From: Bdellovibrionales bacterium
GTDB taxonomy: Bacteria; Bdellovibrionota; Bdellovibrionia; Bdellovibrionales; UBA1609
DNA length: 32,000 nucleotides
Assembly (NCBI GenBank): GCA_965247685.1
Contig: OZ252021.1
Coordinates: forward strand, 90,001 to 122,000
Direction: 5' to 3'
The notes under the pieces were generated by a model. It ran no database searches. It was not told the DNA's origin and saw only the letters and a list, made by a program, of their open reading frames with translations. Made by a program: the position numbers and the translations under genes. How positions within the stretch are numbered: position 1 is the stretch's first letter; each line of letters starts with the position of its first letter. Below are positions 20,057-27,311 of this stretch, one piece after another.

Positions 20057-20184
20057 AGAGAGCTCATCGGAAAAAATAGAGAAATTCTCAAGAGAGAAAA
20101 TCTGAAGAATCTTCAAAGAAACCCAATCAAATAACCATTTCATATAGCTATCAGTAGCAAATCCCTAGCCAGAAGCCCTGATTC

Positions 20185-20253
20185 AGTTTTTTTCGTTTTG
20201 GATCGACTCTTAAAATAACTTGCAAAATGGAGCGGGTGAAGGGATTCGAACCC
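20185..20253. repeat. 69-bp direct repeat, copy 1 (tRNA-Gly 3' end plus trailer)
   Basis: ag(t)ttttttcgttttggatcgactcttaaaataacttgcaaaatggagcgggtgaagggattcgaaccc is identical to 20363-20431 except for one base. Confidence 0.9.
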
Positions 20254-20295
20254 GGAGACCAACGTAGGCAAACGTCGGAGTTGGTCGAGTCATCC
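20228..20295 (-). pseudogene. Decayed partial tRNA-Gly copy (intact T-arm, 3' acceptor strand and CCA; no 5' acceptor strand)
   Basis: The minus strand reads ..ccgacgtttgcctacgttggtctccGGGTTCGAATCCCTTCACCCGCTCCA. The 3' 26 nt are identical to the real tRNA-Gly and a TTGCC anticodon-like string is retained. No GCGGGTG partner exists upstream and the anticodon and D stems do not pair. Confidence 0.55.
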
Positions 20296-20344
20296 TGTAA
20301 TATCAAGATCGAACACTTCTCTAGCTTTGTTAAAATTCTCTAAG

Positions 20345-20371
20345 AAAAAAGCTACACAGGTTAGCTTTTTT
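20345..20371 (-). terminator. Weak A/T-flanked hairpin downstream of tRNA-Gly
   Basis: aaaaaagcta-cacaggt-tagctttttt forms a palindromic stem with A-run and T-run arms. On the minus-strand RNA it is a hairpin followed by a U-run. Confidence 0.35.
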
Positions 20372-20431
20372 CGTTTTGGATCGACTCTTAAAATAACTTG
20401 CAAAATGGAGCGGGTGAAGGGATTCGAACCC
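20363..20431. repeat. 69-bp direct repeat, copy 2 (3' part of functional tRNA-Gly plus trailer)
   Basis: See 20185-20253. The offset between copies is 178 bp. Confidence 0.9.
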
Positions 20432-20481
20432 TCGGCCTCAACCTTGGCAAGGTCGCACTCTACCAGCTGAGCTACACCCGC
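20406..20481 (-). tRNA. tRNA-Gly (GCC), CCA encoded
   Basis: The reverse complement is GCGGGTGTAGCTCAGCTGGTAGAGTGCGACCTTGCCAAGGTTGAGGCCGAGGGTTCGAATCCCTTCACCCGCTCCA. It has a 7-bp acceptor stem, anticodon stem CGACC/GGTTG with loop TTGCCAA, and T arm GAGGG-TTCGAAT-CCCTT. Length is 76 nt. Confidence 0.92.
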
Positions 20482-20589
20482 ATATTGAAAATGGATAAGA
20501 ATTTGTAACACTTTGATACTAAAATGTCACTCATTCTAATGCCTCTAAATTGCATATTTTTTAATATTTTGTTACTTTAAAGCAAGAAG

Positions 20590-21273
20590 ATGAAAAAACT
20601 TTGCTTGCTTATTTTTATTTTATTCAGCTTTAACGCCTTTGCAGAAAAACATTATAGTTGCTTGCACAAAGAAACTGGAACAGGTGTTACTTTTTCTGTG
20701 TCAGACTTTAGTGGCATTCAAGTCGATCACATGGACTTTCCTCCAAAAATCATAAGTTCTTTACAAAAGAGTTATAAAGATCATTTAGATGCAAAAACTC
20801 CGAGTGGATACTATAACATTCAAATCACAGATCAATTGGCACAAGTGAACTATATACAAGATACAGTTTTGACAAGTATAAAATCTCCAACTGGAAAATC
20901 AGTTAAAGAAGGAACAAAAACTTTTGATAAACTTTATAGGGGTGAGCATCAACAAATCGTTCGCTTACATATTATCTGTCCAAGCTTAATAACTTTCAGT
21001 TTAAATCTTAAAACTCACAAGCTCACTGAGACTTCTACTTATTTAGAGCACCCAAGAAAAGGAACTAAAATTTATTTTGATACCAAAAAGAGAAAAAAAT
21101 CAACTGGTCATGTGTATCCTGTAAAAAGAGAACCTATGACGGATCAAGAAGTAAAAAAATATTTTTCAAAATACTCTAATCAACCCATTTACCAAAAGGA
21201 ATACTCGTGTGAATCCATGAATACCTTTAAAGGAAATTTTACTCATTGGATAAAAACGCTGTTCTTTCCATAA
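20590..21273 (+). CDS. Hypothetical secreted protein
   Basis: 227 aa with a clear signal peptide, MKKLCLLIFILFSFNAFA/EK. I recognise no family. Confidence 0.6.
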   Translation: MKKLCLLIFILFSFNAFAEKHYSCLHKETGTGVTFSVSDFSGIQVDHMDFPPKIISSLQKSYKDHLDAKTPSGYYNIQITDQLAQVNYIQDTVLTSIKSPTGKSVKEGTKTFDKLYRGEHQQIVRLHIICPSLITFSLNLKTHKLTETSTYLEHPRKGTKIYFDTKKRKKSTGHVYPVKREPMTDQEVKKYFSKYSNQPIYQKEYSCESMNTFKGNFTHWIKTLFFP

Positions 21274-21290
21274 TTTATTTTTAAATAATT

Positions 21291-21325
21291 TATAATAAAA
21301 AAGGCGGTGAAAAACTCACTACCTT
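21291..21325 (-). terminator. Rho-independent-type terminator closing the ankyrin-gene array / 23S fragment
   Basis: The minus-strand RNA reads AAGGTAGTGA-GTTTT-TCACCGCCTT (9 of 10 positions paired) followed by TTTTTTATTAT. It could also serve the convergent 20590-21273 gene. Confidence 0.55.
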
Positions 21326-21448
21326 CTTACGCCCATGGAAGATAGAGACCTAGCTGTCTCACGATGTTCTGAACCCAGCTCGTGTGCCTCTTTATTTAGC
21401 AAACAACCAAACCCTTGGGACATGCTTCAGCCCCAGGATGGGATGAGC
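21320..21448 (-). pseudogene. Isolated fragment of 23S rRNA domain V (about E. coli 2509-2630; helices ~90-93 including the A-loop)
   Basis: The minus strand reads GCTCATCCCATCCTGGGGCTGAAGCATGTCCCAAGGGTTTGGTTGTTTGCTAAATAAAGAGGCACACGAGCTGGGTTCAGAACATCGTGAGACAGCTAGGTCTCTATCTTCCATGGGCGTAAGAAGG. It is colinear with the conserved 23S stretch GGCUCAUCACAUCCUGGGGCUGAAG...GAGCUGGGUUUAGAACGUCGUGAGACAGUUCGGUCCCUAUCUGCCGUGGGCG. No other rRNA sequence lies on either side. Confidence 0.8.
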
Positions 21449-21470
21449 TTGTAGTTAAAGAATTTCAGTC

Positions 21471-23933
21471 TCATTTCAAAAGCTGAATGAATTTCTCACG
21501 ATATTCACCATTAGTGTTCTTCTTTGCAAAATCAAGAGCCATATGACCATATTTATTTTTAGAATTTTTATTAGCTCCACTCTCTACCAAGTACTCCGCG
21601 ATGTCTAGATTTCCTTTCCCTGCTGCGTACATGAGTGCTGTATAACCATTTATATTTGTGGCATCTATATCAGCTCCCCGAGCCAGCAAAAAATCCACAA
21701 ATTCTCGATCCCCTTCCTCTGCTGCTTGAATGAGAGCTGTCTCACCCCATCTATTTTTGGCATCTATATCAGCTCCTCTAGCCAGCAAAAAATCCACAAA
21801 TTCTCGATCCCCTTTCTTTGCTGCGTACATGAGGGCTGTCTCACTAAAAAAACTTCTAGCATTTATATCTAATAATATCTTAAATTTAGAATTTAAAACC
21901 TCCTCTATCTGCTGTTCGTTTTCAGAAAAAAATACTTGAGAAATCTGCCTTATAAACTCTCTCTTATAAGATACTCTTACATCTTTCCAATTACTCATCT
22001 CTCCTATAATAATTTTCTGCTCTTTTTCTGAAAAGAATTCTAACTGAGTAGATAAAAAATCTAAATCTACATCGACTCTCTTTCCTAGCTCTAAATTGAT
22101 TCTCTTTTTTAGCTCCCATTGAATTAAAGTAAATAAAGTCAACTTTCTGACTCTAGAATCAATATCTTGACCCTCTATTTTGTCCTTTAAATAACTTTTA
22201 ACATATTCTGAAGTGATATTGAGTCCTTCGATTTCTTTTAAGGATAACAAGTTATTTAAAAACTTTATCTGATCCTCTGTCTCATTGGATTTTCCTAACG
22301 AAAGTACAGGTTCATATAAACCTCTAACACTTAATTCTTCAGACGCTGTTTGTGGAATATATATTTCACCCGGTCTAATCGTAATATTATCCAGTCCCCT
22401 GCCTTCTCCCTCTAACACCAACATATCTAATCCCTTATCAGCTCTTGAATACTCTTTTGAATATCTATTTTCAAATTGGTATTCATTAGGATGAGGTTGG
22501 AACTTTCTTAAACGAACTTTTAACTGAGGTAAAATCTTCTCCTTAAGATAGCCCCTTGTTATATCATCATTGGAGATGCCATCATGATCTCCTACATTTT
22601 TAGGGAGACCTAGTTTATATCCTAATTCCTTTAAACTCAGTCTTATACCTTCTAGTGTAGGAAGAAGTAAATGATTGGGAAAGTCTTGTATCTTATCAAC
22701 AAAAGCTACCTGCTCCTTTTCTCCTCTTTCATTTTCAGCAGAACCCAAGACTACTGCAATATGCCCTGAAGATTTATAATTCTCACCTGTCAAAGTAAAA
22801 TAAAGATAATTAGGATCTAAAGCTTTCTCAAAATAATATTCCGTCGCGCAATCTCCACTCAAACAGGATCTAAATGGGGACTCTTGTATGGATAAGCTTC
22901 TCAATCGAAGAGTTTTCCTATAACCTTCCTTATTGGGCTGATTTTTTATATCATCTTCTATTCTTAGCAGTTGTGTAGAAACATCTTCATTAGGTTTAAC
23001 ATTTAAGGATTCTCTTAACTCAGAAAAATGCCCTTCAAATCCTAACTCAATCGCTATAACATTTCTTTCTGATAAAATTTTACGAACAGCATCTATTCTC
23101 TCTATTGGATTTTTACTTTTCAAAGAAGCCTCATAAAGAGGATTTCCAAAACCTGCTGTATCCACTAAATCCACCATAGCTTGTGATATGTATCGAACAT
23201 CTCTTTTATCTGCCAATAACTGATCTCTTGCTTCATTTAAAATCTTATAGAATCCTATGATTTTTTCCCTATAAGGAATGGAAGAGTTTTCTATAAATTT
23301 CAAATTTTCTTCGCTGATGAATTTCTTAAAATAATCTTTAAAACCTTCCATTTGTTTTTGTTTAAACTGTTTTCGTTCTTCTCTGTTTAAATTGGAAGAT
23401 GGTGGAGATTTTTGAACATCAAGTATTTTATGCCAAAATCCAATATTGGCTTCTATTTGAAATAAATTATTTCTTCGCCTCTTAGATGATTTTTTAAAGT
23501 TTTGGATAAATTGAATCAAACTTTGAGATTGTTCATATTCTTTAATAGAAATTTCCAGAATCTGCTCTCGAAGAGATGGCTTAGAAAGTTCAGGATATTT
23601 TTCTAAAATTTGAAACAGAAGAGTAAAATTGTTGTCTTTATCTATTTTTTCATTAAAATTTCCAAACCAATTTTTTAAATATAATTTCAATAAATCTTTC
23701 TGTTCCTTTCCAAGCAATAAGCCTTTAGTCATCGCTTCTGCAAAGGTTGTTGGAATCTCAGGGTTTGTATAAGCTCTTACTGGTTGTCCAGAAAAGATTT
23801 TGTTCCTAAAAAGCTTTCTACATAGGTCTTTTGTGTAGGTTTGAGAAGGCAGTATAAGCAAAACCATCATAGAAACGTAGAAGACTCTTTTATATCTGTA
23901 CTGAAAACTACTTTTTAATCCTTTAAATATCAT
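21471..23933 (-). CDS. Array gene A: signal-anchor + conserved unknown module + ~4 ankyrin repeats
   Basis: 820 aa, starting MIFKGLKSSFQYRYKRVFYVSMMVLLIL. The ankyrin consensus (..TALM.AA..G....V.FLL..GADI.) occupies the last ~133 aa (nt ~21474-21872). GAGGA lies 9 nt upstream of the ATG. Confidence 0.85.
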   Translation of the reverse strand: MIFKGLKSSFQYRYKRVFYVSMMVLLILPSQTYTKDLCRKLFRNKIFSGQPVRAYTNPEIPTTFAEAMTKGLLLGKEQKDLLKLYLKNWFGNFNEKIDKDNNFTLLFQILEKYPELSKPSLREQILEISIKEYEQSQSLIQFIQNFKKSSKRRRNNLFQIEANIGFWHKILDVQKSPPSSNLNREERKQFKQKQMEGFKDYFKKFISEENLKFIENSSIPYREKIIGFYKILNEARDQLLADKRDVRYISQAMVDLVDTAGFGNPLYEASLKSKNPIERIDAVRKILSERNVIAIELGFEGHFSELRESLNVKPNEDVSTQLLRIEDDIKNQPNKEGYRKTLRLRSLSIQESPFRSCLSGDCATEYYFEKALDPNYLYFTLTGENYKSSGHIAVVLGSAENERGEKEQVAFVDKIQDFPNHLLLPTLEGIRLSLKELGYKLGLPKNVGDHDGISNDDITRGYLKEKILPQLKVRLRKFQPHPNEYQFENRYSKEYSRADKGLDMLVLEGEGRGLDNITIRPGEIYIPQTASEELSVRGLYEPVLSLGKSNETEDQIKFLNNLLSLKEIEGLNITSEYVKSYLKDKIEGQDIDSRVRKLTLFTLIQWELKKRINLELGKRVDVDLDFLSTQLEFFSEKEQKIIIGEMSNWKDVRVSYKREFIRQISQVFFSENEQQIEEVLNSKFKILLDINARSFFSETALMYAAKKGDREFVDFLLARGADIDAKNRWGETALIQAAEEGDREFVDFLLARGADIDATNINGYTALMYAAGKGNLDIAEYLVESGANKNSKNKYGHMALDFAKKNTNGEYREKFIQLLK

Positions 23934-24224
23934 CCCATTAAATCCTCTAATGCATTATAAAAGGTTTTTATAATTGTTAAATATCACTCCAATTAACTCC
24001 TGTTAGAGACGAGCTATATGAAAAAAACTACTTTTATTTATGTAAAGATAAACTATCACGATGCACTGAAAATATCCATCAAACAAGAGTGAAGTGTGTA
24101 ATTTTTACACTTACCTTAGAATACTCATCCCACTCGCCTAAGTTGGTTTACGGTACAGGCAACATTAAAAACGTACTGTTTAGTTTTATTTTGTTGAATT
24201 ACCATTGGATGAGCCTAAAGAGTC
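23934..24224. repeat. Conserved inter-paralogue leader/spacer, copy 1 (upstream of gene A)
   Basis: It is alignable over its whole length with 27024-27311 and 30144-30465. On the minus strand it contains an RBS (23943-23947) and a TATAAT box (23954-23959). Confidence 0.85.
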
Positions 24225-27023
24225 TCATCTCAAGAGCCGAATGAGTTTCTTAAGATGTTTCCTATTAGCGTTCATCTTTGCAATATCAAGAGCCGTCTCA
24301 CCATTTTTATTTTTAGGATTTTTATTAACTCCACTCTTTACCAATAACTCCACGATTTCTAGATTCCCATGCCTTACTGCTTCCATGAGGACTGTAACAC
24401 CATATATATCTGTGACATCTATATTAGCTCCATTCTCCAACAATAACTCCACGAGTTTTGGATTCTTCCCTATCCCTGCTGCGTGCATGAGGGCCCGATT
24501 ATCATTAATTATGGAATTTCGACTAACTCCTCTATCCAGCAAGAACTGCACGAGTTTTGGATTCCCAGACATCACTGCGACCGTGAGAGTCGAAGAACCA
24601 TATTCATCTTTGAAATCCATATCAGCTCCTCTATTCAGCAAGAACTTCACGAAGTCTAGATCCCCTTTCCTTGCTGCTTCCATCAGAGCCGTGCTAGTAG
24701 CTGTAACATTTGTATCAGCTACAACATTTATATCAGCTCCTCTATCCAGCAAAAAATCCACAAATTCTCGATCGTCTCTCTTTGTTGCTTCAATGAGTGC
24801 TGTCCAACCAGATTTATTTTTGGCATTTATATCCAATAATATCTTAAATCTGGAATTTAAAGCCTTTTCTATTTTCTGTTTGTTTTCAGAAAACAATACT
24901 TGAGAAACCTGCCGTATAAACTCTCTCTTATAAGATACTCTTACATCTTTCCAATTACTCATCTCTCCTATAATAAATTTCTGCTCTTTTTCTGAAAATA
25001 ATTCTAACTGAGTAGATAAAAACTCTAAATCCAAACTGATTCTCTTTTTTAACTCCCATTGAATTAAAGTAAATAAAGCCAACTTTCTGACTTTAAAATC
25101 AATATCTTTACCCTTTATCTTATCACTTAAATAAGTTTCAACATATTCTGAAGTGATATTGAGTTCTTCGATTTCTTTTAAAACTAACAAGTTTTTTAAA
25201 AAATTTATCTGATCTTCTGCATTATTGGATTTTTCTAACAAAAATACGGGTTCAGATAAACCTCTAACACTTAATGCTTTAGACGCTGTTTGTGGAATAT
25301 ATATTTCACCTGGTCTAATCGTAATATTATCCAGTCTCCTGTCTTCTCCTCCTAACACCAACATATCTAATCCCTTATCAGCTCTTGAACGCTCTTTTGA
25401 ATACTCATTTTCAAATGGGTATTCATTAGGATAAGGTTGAAACTTTCTTAAACGAACTTTTAACCGAGGTAAAATCTTCTCCTCAAAATAGCTCCTTGTT
25501 ATACCATTATTGGAGATACCAGTATCAGAATCTCCTACATCTTTAGGAAGACCTAGTTTATATCCTAATTCCTTTAAACTCAGTCTTATACCTTCTAGTG
25601 TAGGAAGAATTAAATCATTGGGAATTTCTTGTATTTTATCAACAAAAGCTACCTGTACCTTTTCTCCTCTTTCATTTTCAGCAGAACCCAAGACTACTGC
25701 AATATGCCCTGAAGACTTAGAATCCTCATCTGTCAAAGTAAAATAAAGATAATTAGGATCTAAAGCTTTCTTAAAATAAGATGCCGTCGCACAATCTCCA
25801 CTCAAACAGGATCTAAATGGGGACTCTTGTATGGATAAGCTTCTCAATCGAAGAGTTTTCTTATAACCTTCCTTATTGGGCTGATTTTTTATATCATCTT
25901 CTATTCTTAGCAGTTGTGTAGAAACATCTTCATTAGGTTTAACATTTAAGGATTCTCTTAACTCAGTAAATTGCCCTTCAAATCCTAACTCAATCGATAT
26001 AATATTTCTTTCTGATAAAATTTTACGAACAGCATCTATTTTCTCTATTGGATTCTTACTTTTTAAAGCTTTCTCATAAAGAGGATTTCCAAAACCTGCT
26101 GCATCTACTAAATCCACCATAGCTTGTGATATGTATCGAACTTCTTTTTTATCAATCAATAACTGATCTCTTGCTTCATTTAAAATAGTATAGAATCCTA
26201 TGATTTTTTCCCTATAAAGAATGGAAGAGTTTTCTATAAATTTCAAATTTTCTTCGCTGATGAATTTCTTAAAATAATCTTTAAAACTTTCCAATTGTTC
26301 TTCTCTGTTTAAATTGGAAGATAATGAAGCTTTTTGAAAATCAAATATTTTATGCCAAAATCCAATATTGGCTTCTATTTGAAATAAATTATTTCTTCGC
26401 TTCTTAGATGACTTTTTAAAGCTTTGGATAAATTGAATCAAACTTCGAGATGGTTCATATTCTTTAATAGAAATTTCCATAATCTGATCTCGAAGAGGTG
26501 GTTTAGAAAGTTCAGGATATTTTTTGAAAACTTGAAACAGAAGAGTGAATTCTTTGTCTTTATCTATTTTTTCACTAAAATCTCCAAACCAATTGTTTAT
26601 ATATAATTTCAATAAATCTGCCTCCTCCTCTCTAGATAATAAGCCTTGAGTCATCGCTTTTACAAAGGCTTCTGGAGTCTTAGGATTTGTCTCAACTCTA
26701 AGACCTTTTGTCATCTCTTCTGCAAAGGCTGTTGGAATCTCAGGCTTTACCTCAGCTCTAAGACCCTTTGTCATCGCTTCTGCAAAGGCTGTTGAAATCT
26801 CAGGTTTTACCTCAACCCTTACTACTTCTGAAGAAGGCTGACTTTTTAGATCTTTTCTTACTGGTTGTCCAGAAAAGACTTTATTTCTAATATTAATAAA
26901 AAGCTTTCCACATAGGTCTTTTGTGTAGGTTTGAAAAGGCAGTACAAGCAAAACCACCATAGAAACGTAGAAGACTCTTTTATATCTGTACTGAAAACTA
27001 CTTTTTAATCCTTTAAATATCAT
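24225..27023 (-). CDS. Array gene B: signal-anchor + conserved unknown module (with 3x20-aa insert) + ~6 ankyrin repeats
   Basis: 932 aa with the same N-terminus and module as A. The ankyrin tail is the last ~203 aa (nt ~24228-24836). This is the most divergent copy. Confidence 0.85.
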   Translation of the reverse strand: MIFKGLKSSFQYRYKRVFYVSMVVLLVLPFQTYTKDLCGKLFINIRNKVFSGQPVRKDLKSQPSSEVVRVEVKPEISTAFAEAMTKGLRAEVKPEIPTAFAEEMTKGLRVETNPKTPEAFVKAMTQGLLSREEEADLLKLYINNWFGDFSEKIDKDKEFTLLFQVFKKYPELSKPPLRDQIMEISIKEYEPSRSLIQFIQSFKKSSKKRRNNLFQIEANIGFWHKIFDFQKASLSSNLNREEQLESFKDYFKKFISEENLKFIENSSILYREKIIGFYTILNEARDQLLIDKKEVRYISQAMVDLVDAAGFGNPLYEKALKSKNPIEKIDAVRKILSERNIISIELGFEGQFTELRESLNVKPNEDVSTQLLRIEDDIKNQPNKEGYKKTLRLRSLSIQESPFRSCLSGDCATASYFKKALDPNYLYFTLTDEDSKSSGHIAVVLGSAENERGEKVQVAFVDKIQEIPNDLILPTLEGIRLSLKELGYKLGLPKDVGDSDTGISNNGITRSYFEEKILPRLKVRLRKFQPYPNEYPFENEYSKERSRADKGLDMLVLGGEDRRLDNITIRPGEIYIPQTASKALSVRGLSEPVFLLEKSNNAEDQINFLKNLLVLKEIEELNITSEYVETYLSDKIKGKDIDFKVRKLALFTLIQWELKKRISLDLEFLSTQLELFSEKEQKFIIGEMSNWKDVRVSYKREFIRQVSQVLFSENKQKIEKALNSRFKILLDINAKNKSGWTALIEATKRDDREFVDFLLDRGADINVVADTNVTATSTALMEAARKGDLDFVKFLLNRGADMDFKDEYGSSTLTVAVMSGNPKLVQFLLDRGVSRNSIINDNRALMHAAGIGKNPKLVELLLENGANIDVTDIYGVTVLMEAVRHGNLEIVELLVKSGVNKNPKNKNGETALDIAKMNANRKHLKKLIRLLR
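26641..26820. repeat. In-frame 60-bp tandem repeat, 3 copies, inside gene B
   Basis: 26641-26700, 26701-26760 and 26761-26820 align in register. They encode (E)VKPEI(S/P)TAFAE(A/E)MTKGLR x3. Genes A and C have a single unit. Confidence 0.9.
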
Positions 27024-27311
27024 CCCATTAAATCCTCTAATGCGTTATTAAATATAAAAGGTTTTTATATTTGTTAAATGTCATTTCAATTAACTCCTGT
27101 TAGTGACGAGCTATATGAAAAAAAACTATTGTCATTGATATAAAGATAAACTATCACGATGCACTGAAAATATCCATCAAACAGGAGTGAAGTGTGTAAT
27201 TTTTACACTCACCCGAGTTGATTTACGGTACAGGTGATATTGAAAATATACTGTTTAGTTTAGTTTTCTTTTGTTGAATTTTTAATTACCATTGGATGAG
27301 TCTAAAGAGTC
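27024..27311. repeat. Conserved inter-paralogue leader/spacer, copy 2 (upstream of gene B)
   Basis: Homologous to 23934-24224, with small indels. Confidence 0.85.

Noticed and set aside
20290-20511. 73-aa minus-strand ORF
   Set aside because: It is read straight through tRNA-Gly and its trailer, so it is an artefact of the open frame across the tRNA gene.
21320-21448. Functional rRNA gene, or a group I intron / homing-endonuclease element, at the 23S-like fragment
   Set aside because: Only ~130 nt of 23S are present, with changes at normally invariant bases. No 16S, 5S or the remainder of 23S is nearby. I see no LAGLIDADG, GIY-YIG or HNH ORF and cannot identify an intron core, so it is treated as a relic.
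20185-21470. Integrated genomic island or prophage at tRNA-Gly accounting for the ankyrin array
   Set aside because: There is no integrase, transposase or phage gene anywhere in the window. The array lies on the 5' side of the tRNA, whereas tRNA-targeting integrases insert at the 3' end. The two att-like repeats are only 178 bp apart.
24205-24903. Plus-strand ORFs antisense to the ankyrin tails (24205-24903, 27292-27678, 27706-28125, 21730-21939, 30824-31033)
   Set aside because: Ankyrin-repeat DNA read in reverse is stop-poor. The products are repetitive Ser/Leu/Phe-rich strings that mirror the ANK periodicity. They have no RBS, and their extent differs from copy to copy.
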